Origin: a virus
Lineage: Duplodnaviria > Caudoviricetes
Reading direction: 5' to 3' (one strand)
DNA length: 64,000 bases
Virus record (IMG/VR): IMGVR_UViG_3300037067_018912
Location: 192,001-256,000 of that record
Every line of letters starts with the position of its first letter. The stretch's first letter is position 1. Of this stretch, positions 31,732 through 42,022 are shown piece by piece. The notes below the pieces were generated by a model. That model had not been told where the DNA came from and made no database searches. It saw only the letters and a list, made by a program, of their open reading frames with translations. Made by a program: the position numbers and the translations under genes.

Positions 31732-33423
31732 TTACTGCAGGTCACCAATTCCGAAGGTCTGCAGACCGTCGCAGAAGATTCTTCCGTAGTAACGGTTGAG
31801 AACCATCTTCTTTGCGTACCTGGTCATGATACCACGGATCGGCGTGAAGTCGAACGGGTTGTACATAACCGGGGTCAACTGCATCGGAACGTAAGGAGCG
31901 TAGATGTAACCTGTTTCCAGGATCGATGTTCCCTTGTGTCCAACGAGGACGGTGTTTGCGGGTGCATACGGGTCACGGTATACCATGTAACGGCCACTCA
32001 GCGTGCCGATTTTTTCGATACCCATGTTGTATTTGTCCTGTTCGGGAGCGGCATTGCTGACGTGGAAATATTCCAAGTCATCGAATACTGCACTTACTTC
32101 AGGGGATACAACTACCCAAGATGCGCCACCACGGAGGGTTGCTTTATGAATTTGTGCTGAAATCTGGTTGATCTTGGTGATCAGGGTCTGATTCCAGTCC
32201 TTTTGCGTACCGTAGTACGTGTTGCTCTGCCTGCGGAGTCCGTTGTAGTCCCAACGAGCCGTCCAAGCAGCACCACGCCTCAAGTCACGGAGGATTTCAC
32301 GGTCGATTTCAGCAGCCATCTGTTCTGACAGCAAAGCGGTCAGTTCGGCTTCTGCATCGATGTTATGGAATGCACTGACGTCCTGTGCAAGTTCGGGAGT
32401 CCACATAGCACGCATTTTACGTGTTTCAACAGACACAGTCACCTGGTCGAGAACGAAAGTAACTTCAGCCATACGGCTGTCTTCTTCAAGGTCGCTGTAA
32501 ACCCTGTAGGTCACAACAAAGGTCGGAGTGGTTGATGCGCTCAATGCTTGATAACCGTTTGTTCCGGCGTATTGAACGTCAGCGATCAAAACGATTTGTC
32601 CGGCAGCATTAACGATAGCCTGTCCGTATTTTTGAACCTTTATGTTGAAAGGAATAGCGTCACCAGCAACGATGTTCTGTTCGGTGAAACCAGCGGGAGC
32701 AACAAGGTCAACACTGGCAACAACTTTCAAACCTGCGAGGAAAGTTTCAGTGTCCATAGGAACACCTGCAGGACCGATAAGTTTGCCCTGTGAATCGGTA
32801 GCGAAGCCACCAACAGTCAGGGTAATGAACTTGTCAGTTCCAATTACAAACGTTGCAGCAGTTGTCGAACCAGTCACAACAGTGATTTGGCCTCTTGAAC
32901 GGTCGAACAGTGATTCACCTTCTTCATTGTATTTGGTTGCGTAAAACGCATCGTACAACGAACGGGTTTCAAACTGTGTTGGAGTTGCGTTAGTCGCAGC
33001 ATTTTCATACGCACCGTTAGGCGATGTATGCATACCCCATGAGCCGTCGGTTGCAGTTTCAGGAGCGGTCGAAACCTGGTCTACCCTGTAACTTGCCTTC
33101 GGATTGATGTAATATAACTTACCGATGGGTAAGTTCAGTGCCTGCACAGACACGATGTCATTCGCCAGTAATTTAGCGAAGACCCTGCGGATTACAGGAA
33201 ATGCAACGGTTTCAAATTGTCCACTTGCCGCCGAATCGGTTGATTCGTTGATCATATAGGACAACTGATTTTCGAAAAGTTGTGCACAGTTCTCTTTCAC
33301 GTTGCCTTCCAAACCTTCCAACAGGCCGATTTTCTGCCATCTGTTGGTAGTGATTTCCCTTTGTTCACGGAGTTGTTTTAATCCAATATTGCCAACTTCC
33401 GCACTTTCTGTTAAAAATCCCAT
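31732..33423 (-). CDS. Major capsid protein (gp23-like)
   Basis: FPVIRRVF, TRKMRAMWTPELAQD, EIDREIL, YAPYVP, FTPIRGIMTRYA. Confidence 0.97.
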   Translation of the reverse strand: MGFLTESAEVGNIGLKQLREQREITTNRWQKIGLLEGLEGNVKENCAQLFENQLSYMINESTDSAASGQFETVAFPVIRRVFAKLLANDIVSVQALNLPIGKLYYINPKASYRVDQVSTAPETATDGSWGMHTSPNGAYENAATNATPTQFETRSLYDAFYATKYNEEGESLFDRSRGQITVVTGSTTAATFVIGTDKFITLTVGGFATDSQGKLIGPAGVPMDTETFLAGLKVVASVDLVAPAGFTEQNIVAGDAIPFNIKVQKYGQAIVNAAGQIVLIADVQYAGTNGYQALSASTTPTFVVTYRVYSDLEEDSRMAEVTFVLDQVTVSVETRKMRAMWTPELAQDVSAFHNIDAEAELTALLSEQMAAEIDREILRDLRRGAAWTARWDYNGLRRQSNTYYGTQKDWNQTLITKINQISAQIHKATLRGGASWVVVSPEVSAVFDDLEYFHVSNAAPEQDKYNMGIEKIGTLSGRYMVYRDPYAPANTVLVGHKGTSILETGYIYAPYVPMQLTPVMYNPFDFTPIRGIMTRYAKKMVLNRYYGRIFCDGLQTFGIGDLQ

Positions 33424-33442
33424 TGTATGAGTGTTTTAAGAT

Positions 33443-35089
33443 TTACAAATTATTTTTTTTGTCCCCACGTTCCACGTATTCCATGAGCCTCTTGATTCTC
33501 TTGATGTGCTCATCGTTTTCGTAAACGGTTTTCTCCACCACTTCGTCGAGTTTCTGTTTGGAGGACGGTTGGATTGAAGTCGCAGCCTTCCTTTCGACAG
33601 TCTCAGTGATCGTCTTTTTGCCTTTCTTCATTTCTGTCAGAACGGCCTTGTACTTGTTCTGCGATTCGACGATGGTGCTGATTTTCTTGAACTCGTTGAT
33701 TATCTTGACTTTATCGTCCTGAGTCAATGCCAATTCTTCATTCACCAAAAGGTTGTTCACGTGAGCAAGATTGGTGTTGAATATTGCCATCTCTTTCAAT
33801 TGGTTACGATACTTGCCAAGTGCAGTTTTGTACCCTTCAACCAGTGTTGCCACCGATTCCTTGTACTTCCTGATCTCGTTCAATTTTTTTGTGAGTTTTT
33901 TATTCTCCTCGATCAATCCGTTGAGTTTCTTACTTTCTTCGACGCCATAGGGTCTCCTTCTGCTTAACTGCTGCGGACTGACATAATCGTTTCCTGGGAT
34001 CGTGGCTAATTTGCCCTTATTTGCCGAATGCGATATGCCCAATTGTTCATCAACTGGTTTCTCTGCACCCAACACTGCCCTGACATCGTCATCAGTAATG
34101 CCTTCATCACCAACTTCATCAATCATGGACTGCGTAGGACCACCATTTTCCCTGCCGGGAATACTTTGCTTGCCACCTTGGTTCTTCTGTTCGCTGAAAT
34201 TCGTGACATCATCACGGGTATTCATGCCTTCAGGAGGTGTTCCGTCGGGTTCGCCAGCCTTTCCCATATTTTGTATTAATTCATCAATTCTGTTTCTTGT
34301 GTCGAGAAGTGCCTTTTTAAAAGGATCGCCTTCCTGACCTGTGGGTTCGCCTTGTGTGTCAGTGCCCGGAATTTTCGGACCTGGTAAGCCACCCATATCA
34401 CTGAGTTCTTCACCCAGGTTTTCCATTGAAGCAATTTCTCCTTCGATTTGTTCCATTGTGAGGATTTCATCATCCTCATCTGCATTTTCCAATGCAGTTC
34501 CGACACTACCCGTGTCGAGTCCAGTTATGTCAAATTCTTCTTTCAAGTTCGAGATTGGTTTGCCGGATTCCGGTTTCACCTTTTCAGTAAACACTTTGCC
34601 TTTTTCAGGATCACCCGATTTTCCCAAATTTGGGGTATCGGATTCGACGTCACCAACGAAGTCTTTTTCACGTTCCTCTTCAATTTTCTGCGCTTTCTTT
34701 GCTTTTTCTTTGAAGGGATCGCCATCACCAACGGTATCGGTAATTTTTACGTCTTCTTCCACCTGTGCAACCGCTTTCGGCTTTTTATCGAAAGGTTTGC
34801 CAACCATGTTTTCTTTTACGGCTTGTTTAGCCTCTTTTCCTTGAGTTTTCATAACTGTCTCTTTGTTTTGTTCAGTGTTATCCTTATCGGATTCTTTTGC
34901 CTCGTCCAATTTCCTGTAGGACTCTTTCGCTGATTTGTTTTTATTTTGTAATTCTTCTTTCAGAAGGTTATTGAAATTGTCGGGGAATTCCTCCGCCAAC
35001 TTGTTTTTAGCATTAGCCTTTGCAGCCTCCATGATTTCGTTATAATCAGTCAAGGCTTCCTTCAGTATCGATTTTTTGTCGTTTGCCAT
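33443..35089 (-). CDS. Prohead scaffold/core protein (gp22-like)
   Basis: Acidic coiled-coil between protease and MCP; many L/I/V-x-E sites. Confidence 0.75.
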   Translation of the reverse strand: MANDKKSILKEALTDYNEIMEAAKANAKNKLAEEFPDNFNNLLKEELQNKNKSAKESYRKLDEAKESDKDNTEQNKETVMKTQGKEAKQAVKENMVGKPFDKKPKAVAQVEEDVKITDTVGDGDPFKEKAKKAQKIEEEREKDFVGDVESDTPNLGKSGDPEKGKVFTEKVKPESGKPISNLKEEFDITGLDTGSVGTALENADEDDEILTMEQIEGEIASMENLGEELSDMGGLPGPKIPGTDTQGEPTGQEGDPFKKALLDTRNRIDELIQNMGKAGEPDGTPPEGMNTRDDVTNFSEQKNQGGKQSIPGRENGGPTQSMIDEVGDEGITDDDVRAVLGAEKPVDEQLGISHSANKGKLATIPGNDYVSPQQLSRRRPYGVEESKKLNGLIEENKKLTKKLNEIRKYKESVATLVEGYKTALGKYRNQLKEMAIFNTNLAHVNNLLVNEELALTQDDKVKIINEFKKISTIVESQNKYKAVLTEMKKGKKTITETVERKAATSIQPSSKQKLDEVVEKTVYENDEHIKRIKRLMEYVERGDKKNNL

Positions 35090-35211
35090 ATCCTTAAATC
35101 TCGTATCTAATGCGATAATTTTTATATAAATACATAGTCATTATGAAAAAGTATTATTTTACTTAAAATTCTTGTTCATAAGGATCATCTAATGTACATT
35201 TACTACACGTT

Positions 35212-35913
35212 TTATAAGAGAAATCTGTCAATAGCGTTCACGATCTTCTTCTCGTCTTCATTGAGATACAGACCGTTCTTCTTCACATAATTCTCGCCAA
35301 ATCCAACGCTGTTTTGTTTTTCAGGGAAAAGATATGCGCCTGGTGTACTTGGTGTTGCCACAAGGTCGAAACCGATCAATTCAAAATCGCCTTGAACAAG
35401 GTTTTCACCGTTGATCTCTTTCAACGTTCCAACACCACGGGATGAAATCCCCAATTTGATCTTGTTTTGTAGATAGAGGACAATTTTGTCGCCAATAACC
35501 GAGCAGACACCAAATTTGATATATCCCGGCGATACGATTATCTTCAATTGGCCATATAGGACGTTCTCCTGCTCACCCTTTCCCCACCACATCTTTGTGA
35601 TCATATGAGAAAGATTTGCAAGGGAAATTATTGATGAATCAGGATGGTCAGCCTCTGACACAGCACTGTTATTTTCAATCTGCTCACGGTATGCCTCGAC
35701 TTGGGGAATGAGGACATCCCTTGGATAAATCCTGCCGTTCTTGTTTTTAACTCCCCATTTTTGCAGTATGCAGTTGATTAAAACGGGTTCGTTCGGTTTC
35801 AATTCGAAATTTTCGTTGAGTATGTCCTTGGTAATATTATCATTGACATATCCGGCATCATGCTCGATCAATATTCCGAACCCGGTATCACCCGGTTGTA
35901 GTATCTTACTCAT
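35212..35913 (-). CDS. Prohead protease (gp21-like)
   Basis: NKNGRIYP, EADHP, SHMI, GISSRGVG, FDLVATPS. Confidence 0.95.
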   Translation of the reverse strand: MSKILQPGDTGFGILIEHDAGYVNDNITKDILNENFELKPNEPVLINCILQKWGVKNKNGRIYPRDVLIPQVEAYREQIENNSAVSEADHPDSSIISLANLSHMITKMWWGKGEQENVLYGQLKIIVSPGYIKFGVCSVIGDKIVLYLQNKIKLGISSRGVGTLKEINGENLVQGDFELIGFDLVATPSTPGAYLFPEKQNSVGFGENYVKKNGLYLNEDEKKIVNAIDRFLL

Positions 35914-36030
35914 AATAAACCATCTTTTATATAAATAGTTGGGATAATCGTTTTTCGTTTATTATAAATAGTCTGAAACTCTCATTTTTCATTTTTCACA
36001 CCAGGGTATTTATAGGTATAATTCAAATCA

Positions 36031-39000
36031 ATGGCGAGTAACGTAATAATGATCGACCCCAACAGTGCGAACATTAACAACAATATGGTTAATGCGATTC
36101 CACAATACCAAGACATGTTTATATATGCTGAATTGCTTGCAACAAGCAGAGGCAGAACGGTTATTGTGAATGGGACTGAGGAGAAGACAGGACTTGAAGA
36201 GACAATAAAAGTTAATTTCATGGGTGTCGATCAAAACAAAGGTGTTATAGACCCGACGACAAATGAATTCATGGGTAATCCTAACTATTTGAATTTCACC
36301 ACGAATTACTATGACGGCAGCACAGGTGAAAATCAGAACTTTGAAAGTTTTGGAATAAGTAGCATCAAGATAACCATCAATTCATCTTTCGTACCGCAAG
36401 TCAATATACAATTTGTCGACATCAGAGGTTTGTCTTTCTTCAATCAGGAGAAATCGCCATACAGGATATTATTTAACTTTCCTCCTCCTATATTTGATTT
36501 AACCGTTAAGGGTTATTATGGCAAGGCATTGAGATACAAACTACACTTAGTAAAATACACTTCTGAATTTCAGGCTAATTCTGGAAATTTCGTGATCGAT
36601 GCGAATTTTATTGCGATAACATACGCACCGTTGACGGACATACCTTTCAGATATGCAATCAATGTGCCGCTGATCGACAACAACGAATCCTTGAGTTCAC
36701 TCAAAACCAACCCGCCGGGAAACACGTTCGAACTCATATTGAAATTACAGGATTTATACACCACTACGCAGGATCAGGTTAATAACAGCAACGAGGTAAA
36801 GGAATACGAACTCAACAAGGTGAAGATTGAAAAAATCGAAGATGCTATTGTTGCATTGAGGGATTATAAGGATGTGTTCACGGAATTCAAAAATCTTGTC
36901 ATGCAAAAGGTAACTCCGGACGAAACCACAAAGAAACCATTTTTCACCAATACAAATCTGACAGAATACAATGAAATAATAAGAAGCCTCCATGCGGACG
37001 GGTATCCATCCGAAATGGAAACAAAGTTGGTGCTTCTCATCTACCCATCGAATAATCCCGATAACTTAGAAATTGCCAAAACCACGTTCGGCAAAATAAA
37101 ATCACGCTTGGTTAACACTTTCACAAGCGGCGACATTGGGTTGACCGAATCAATTGGAGAGGGTGACGTTACCGATCCAGCCATCAAGAATTTGGATGAT
37201 GATAAAGTATCTATGTATATTGATGTTACCAAGTATTACCTGAAGTTAAACAAGAACCTCTCAGCACTCAAACAAAACATGGATGTGTTGTCTCAAACAA
37301 TAACTTCTGAAATTAACAACACTGTTTTTGAAAAATTGGGAATGCAGCCGACCATTTATAATGTATTCAAAATCATCTGCGATGATGTCGACACGTTTTT
37401 TAATAAAATGTATAGTGTGGCGAAGGATGCGGAAGATCATCACAACAGTGCCGACGTTAAAAAGATGATTGTGAACCACGGGAATTACAGCGACGTAGGA
37501 AAGGGAAAAACGGACAGTCACTTGTTTTCATTTCCCCTTGTGATCAATAGGATAGAGAGTTGCGGAGCGAAACGGGAGGAAAGGGTTGCACCCATCGAGA
37601 TAAGTAAGAAATGCACAAAACCATTTCCGGAGATAACATTCGTGGAGGGTTTTGTTAAAAGTTTCTTCACCCAGGCTCAACTTGAATATCAAAACATGTT
37701 GCGAGGCGAGAAGAATGCAGACGGCAGTAATATTTGGCTTCCGATATCACCAATAGATGCTGAGATCATCAGCGATTCGGCAAGTCCATACATGTACAAG
37801 AACAACATGAACGAGATTCTTCAAGTCGTCATGCAAAGATTTTACATGATATCACAATATGTGATCCCAACTCTTTTCTATAGTAACAACGCCGACGGTA
37901 AATTATACCTCGACCTTTATGCGGAATCAGAAGCAGTCAATCTCGTATCATCGTTGGGTACGATGAAAGAGGTGAATCTTGGTGAGAATCTGAAAGGCAA
38001 GACGGTGAAGAATCTGTCAAATTCATATTTTACTAATGTTCAGAATTTCTATAACGACTTAGCAAACCTTCCGGAATATAATTTTTCAGAGCAATTTATC
38101 CCGGTCGATACGAGACATTCCGCATACACCGACAAATACAATCCCAATTTTGAGGGTGTCATGATTCTCGATGAAGACACATCCATTGAAAAACAAGTCA
38201 TAAAAGAAGACAGTGTTGGTCCGGTGGGAAAGTTCTTGAAAGAAGCCAAAGACAGGCAATATAAAAAAGATTCAACAAAATATTATGATTTTACCCAAGA
38301 CAATCTTGAATATCTTATTGACCGTAAAACAAGCAGAAGAAGGGGTGATTTAACTGGAATTGAAGAAGAAACCACGGGAACGGATGTGGATACCAGATTT
38401 TTACAACAGAACTTTAGTGATATTTATTTTAGGAATGCGGAAACCGACCTATCAAAAATTACGAGCAACACAGACCTTTCAAAATATCTGTGGGTTGGAG
38501 ATTATCCGGTTGCTACCGAAGTAAGGGTAAACGCACTTAAATGGTTTACAGATATTGTCGAATTATGGAAATATTATATCAGGAACTATGGTAAATCTAT
38601 TGAAGATACGCTTTTTAGTTTACAAAATGATGCGGAGAAAATAATAACTGCTGTGGTTTTATTGTCCAATTTTGGCAATGCGATGAGTCCATTTAATATA
38701 CATCAAAAAAATCTCAACGGATTTGTGTTCTCGAAACCGGGAATTATTGAAATACCTAATTTCATGGCATTGTATATGGGAGCGGTAATTTATGCTAAAA
38801 TAAATGAATTCGATACAGATATTCTCAATTATTTTCAAACCGGAGAAGGAAAAATCATTTCGAACAGAGGTGCACTAATAATTGCAGATATGGCAGATTG
38901 TGACAAGTACCTTTCAGAAAATGATAAAACTGAATTCAGACAGTATTTCGAAATGTTCTACAACGAATTTGATGGTTATGTGGCAAAAGTCAATGAAATG

Positions 39001-41118
39001 TATTCCATATATGTCAAAGATAAAAAAGAAAAAACGTTAAATAAACTCTTAGATAAATCGGAAAGGGGTAATGAAGGAAATTATTTTATTGATATCATTG
39101 AACCATTAATCAAAAGAATCAATCTTGCTGTCCACAGTCAACTCACTTTCAAGATGAGTACGGAATACCTTCCGCATTATTCGTCAATTAAAGCATTGAA
39201 CGAATCCACGATGAAAACAGCAAACGACAGTTTTTTCAGACAGTTCTTCAAAAAAGTGTATAATGAAATAGGTGATGTCGAAGAAAAAACGAAAAAGGAG
39301 GAGGCCGAAAACGAAAAGAAAAGGGGTGATAAGGATATTGTAACCCAAACATATTATTCATTCAAGAACATCAACGATAAATGGGTTAACATCCCAACGA
39401 AAACAACGTCAAACGGTGGCACATACGGATACCCTTTCAACCGGGAAGGAAAAAGCCTGATCGATTCATTCGTCTTCGTTGATAGAGCAATGAACCCGAT
39501 CGGCGACACTATGATCAATGCGGAGATACTCATGGAGATGTTTGACGATCCGAATATCAGTGTGTTCAGTGTCCTTTCACAACTGCTCTCGTTAAACGGA
39601 TTCGAGTTCTTTCCGCTACAGAATTTCATGATAAACCAATACACTCCCACCGGAAATGATTCAAATACAAAAAAAGATTCCGGCTATAATGAATGGGAGG
39701 AGTCTTTCAAGATTGACACGAGCGGCATTGTCAGCGACCGGGCAACTTTTGTCTGTATGTATATCGGCGGGACTTCGAGTTATCCGACACATAACGGTAA
39801 CGATTTCGAGGACGATGGCATTGAAAGCCTTGAATCGACGGATGCGGGGGATTTTCATTCCTCCGATTGTTCAGAGCCTAAAACTGATTACGACAATCAG
39901 GAAAGTAATAACAAGGATTTTCCTTACAGACAAGTCAAGGCATTTAAAGTCCGATTCGGGGAACAAAATCAGTCCATGTTCACTAACATAAAAATTGATA
40001 GTAAGGAATATCCGGAAACCAACGAATCAATTCAAATCCTGTCAAGACTTGCAGGCGATAACAAGCAACAAGCACCAATCCCGAAAGGGCAAAACCTTTA
40101 TAACCTTTATGAGAACAGGTCTTACAAGGCAACCATAGAAGGTTTGGGAAATGTTATGATACAACCGACACAATATTTCCAATTGGAGAATGTTCCAATG
40201 TTCAATGGGGCATATGTAATTCTTAGTGTTGAGCACAACATCGTCCCCAATAAAATGACAACTTCCTTTTCAGGAACAAAAATATTGAAATTTCCCGTCC
40301 CAAGGGTTTTGGAATCATCGGCTTTGATGGGTTACGATTTCGGATACTCGAACGCAACCGGACGTGGTGCTATGAGTGCGGGTGACGTTGTCGCTACGGC
40401 ACAGGCGATAACAATGTCGCAAGCAAGGTTGAACGATCTGAATTCTGTTTATGGAATCGACATCTCTCATTGGCAGGGAAACATTAATTGGAATAAATTA
40501 ATAGTGGCCGATAATCCAGAGGATTTCCCAGTACCCAAGTTTGTTGTAATAAAAGCCACTCAAGGAACGGAAGGTTTGGATGAAATGAGGATGAAACACG
40601 CCAAGGGTGCGAAAAGCGTCGGACTTAAAATCAGTTATTACCATTTTGCAAGACCATACACGGGCACGGAAGTGGAAACTGATGCGAAAAACCAAGCAGC
40701 GCATTTCTTAAAGGAAGTAAAAAAATTGGCGGATGCTGGATACAAACCATCGCTCCCGCTTGGATTGGACTTCGAGGACAATCCCGCCTATAATCAAGAA
40801 TGGGGAGCAAACAAAACTAACAACGACTTGTGGATTAACACTTTCATTAGTGAGTTGAAAAAAGCGAAATATGAGGCATTTCTTTACGGGGGTAGTGTTA
40901 TCAGGGAAAGAACAAGTGGTAATTTTTCCGTTCCATTGTGGTATTCACGTTATCTATCCAATCCTGAAATAAGCAAACCCACCGTTCCAATTAAAGGATG
41001 GAAGGATTGGACGGTATGGCAGTTCAGTGCAGGTGGTAGATTCAATGGAAACACAGGCAATTTTGATTTGAATGCAATGAAAAAGAATTTCTTCGACTCG
41101 CACCCGCTCATTACATAA
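36031..41118 (+). CDS. Large baseplate hub/tail protein with C-terminal GH25 muramidase
   Basis: GNVMIQPTQYF...GAYVILSVEH hub-like segment, then YGIDISHWQG, IKATQG, YYHFA, LDFE, WQFS. Confidence 0.8.
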   Translation: MASNVIMIDPNSANINNNMVNAIPQYQDMFIYAELLATSRGRTVIVNGTEEKTGLEETIKVNFMGVDQNKGVIDPTTNEFMGNPNYLNFTTNYYDGSTGENQNFESFGISSIKITINSSFVPQVNIQFVDIRGLSFFNQEKSPYRILFNFPPPIFDLTVKGYYGKALRYKLHLVKYTSEFQANSGNFVIDANFIAITYAPLTDIPFRYAINVPLIDNNESLSSLKTNPPGNTFELILKLQDLYTTTQDQVNNSNEVKEYELNKVKIEKIEDAIVALRDYKDVFTEFKNLVMQKVTPDETTKKPFFTNTNLTEYNEIIRSLHADGYPSEMETKLVLLIYPSNNPDNLEIAKTTFGKIKSRLVNTFTSGDIGLTESIGEGDVTDPAIKNLDDDKVSMYIDVTKYYLKLNKNLSALKQNMDVLSQTITSEINNTVFEKLGMQPTIYNVFKIICDDVDTFFNKMYSVAKDAEDHHNSADVKKMIVNHGNYSDVGKGKTDSHLFSFPLVINRIESCGAKREERVAPIEISKKCTKPFPEITFVEGFVKSFFTQAQLEYQNMLRGEKNADGSNIWLPISPIDAEIISDSASPYMYKNNMNEILQVVMQRFYMISQYVIPTLFYSNNADGKLYLDLYAESEAVNLVSSLGTMKEVNLGENLKGKTVKNLSNSYFTNVQNFYNDLANLPEYNFSEQFIPVDTRHSAYTDKYNPNFEGVMILDEDTSIEKQVIKEDSVGPVGKFLKEAKDRQYKKDSTKYYDFTQDNLEYLIDRKTSRRRGDLTGIEEETTGTDVDTRFLQQNFSDIYFRNAETDLSKITSNTDLSKYLWVGDYPVATEVRVNALKWFTDIVELWKYYIRNYGKSIEDTLFSLQNDAEKIITAVVLLSNFGNAMSPFNIHQKNLNGFVFSKPGIIEIPNFMALYMGAVIYAKINEFDTDILNYFQTGEGKIISNRGALIIADMADCDKYLSENDKTEFRQYFEMFYNEFDGYVAKVNEMYSIYVKDKKEKTLNKLLDKSERGNEGNYFIDIIEPLIKRINLAVHSQLTFKMSTEYLPHYSSIKALNESTMKTANDSFFRQFFKKVYNEIGDVEEKTKKEEAENEKKRGDKDIVTQTYYSFKNINDKWVNIPTKTTSNGGTYGYPFNREGKSLIDSFVFVDRAMNPIGDTMINAEILMEMFDDPNISVFSVLSQLLSLNGFEFFPLQNFMINQYTPTGNDSNTKKDSGYNEWEESFKIDTSGIVSDRATFVCMYIGGTSSYPTHNGNDFEDDGIESLESTDAGDFHSSDCSEPKTDYDNQESNNKDFPYRQVKAFKVRFGEQNQSMFTNIKIDSKEYPETNESIQILSRLAGDNKQQAPIPKGQNLYNLYENRSYKATIEGLGNVMIQPTQYFQLENVPMFNGAYVILSVEHNIVPNKMTTSFSGTKILKFPVPRVLESSALMGYDFGYSNATGRGAMSAGDVVATAQAITMSQARLNDLNSVYGIDISHWQGNINWNKLIVADNPEDFPVPKFVVIKATQGTEGLDEMRMKHAKGAKSVGLKISYYHFARPYTGTEVETDAKNQAAHFLKEVKKLADAGYKPSLPLGLDFEDNPAYNQEWGANKTNNDLWINTFISELKKAKYEAFLYGGSVIRERTSGNFSVPLWYSRYLSNPEISKPTVPIKGWKDWTVWQFSAGGRFNGNTGNFDLNAMKKNFFDSHPLIT

Positions 41119-41149
41119 AAAAACGCCCCGTCTCCGGGGCGTTTCTGTT
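41117..41149. terminator. Intrinsic terminator
   Basis: AAACGCCCCG-TCTC-CGGGGCGTTT. Confidence 0.8.
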
Positions 41150-41941
41150 TTATAACAATTCCTTTTTGAATTCGTGTAAACCGATGATGTCATCATCGAT
41201 CTTTTCTTTGTTGTAAACCATTTCCTTGATTTTTTGGATCGCTTTTGAAATGTTGTCTTTAATGTTATCTTTATTTAACCCTTCCAAAATTTGAAGAGTC
41301 TCATCCCTGTAAGATTCGAATAATTCTTGTTTCTCCTTGTCGTTTGATTTGATTAGTCTTTGAAGCAGGTTTTTATCATTCTCATTCAGGGATTCATATT
41401 TTTCGTTGAACTTGTTAACTGCAATTTCGATCACCTCTTCATTTATGGGTTTTACGTCGTTATCTTCAATGAGACCCTTTTTAGGTTGTTTAATGTGGTT
41501 TAAAACGATGTTGAATGATTCGTGAATTGCATCAACATCAATCTTGTCGTAATCATTCAACGATTCCCGGATCAGACAATCAATAGCATTGTATAAATTG
41601 ATCTTGGAAGCGGTGTTAACATCGCCATCGGGAATTACACCTTCGCCAATGAATCCATCCAATTTCTCACGCTCTTTCTCCACTTCATCCAAAGTATATA
41701 CTTCGAACAATTTTATGTTGTTATCAATATACCGTGTAGCGGCAATATCGTTTTCGATATGTTTGGCCTCAAGATTATTGAAAACCTTAAACTCCAACTG
41801 TAGAATCGGAGATTTCTTCACGACACCAAAAAACTCTGTCGTAAATCTTTTCGATTCTTCAATTAAAGTTTTACTAAAATAGGCGTCCTTTAACTGATTC
41901 GAAACTATCAAATTAACAACTCCAATGTTGGCGTGTTTCAT
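41150..41941 (-). CDS. Hypothetical head-assembly region protein
   Basis: Late motif at 41961-41969; downstream of the portal gene. Confidence 0.6.
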   Translation of the reverse strand: MKHANIGVVNLIVSNQLKDAYFSKTLIEESKRFTTEFFGVVKKSPILQLEFKVFNNLEAKHIENDIAATRYIDNNIKLFEVYTLDEVEKEREKLDGFIGEGVIPDGDVNTASKINLYNAIDCLIRESLNDYDKIDVDAIHESFNIVLNHIKQPKKGLIEDNDVKPINEEVIEIAVNKFNEKYESLNENDKNLLQRLIKSNDKEKQELFESYRDETLQILEGLNKDNIKDNISKAIQKIKEMVYNKEKIDDDIIGLHEFKKELL

Positions 41942-42022
41942 ATGGTTTAATTCGATTTATTATAAATACTGTAATTAACTATAAATGTTCTACTGACGCA
42001 ACATATTAATTACGTGTATGAA

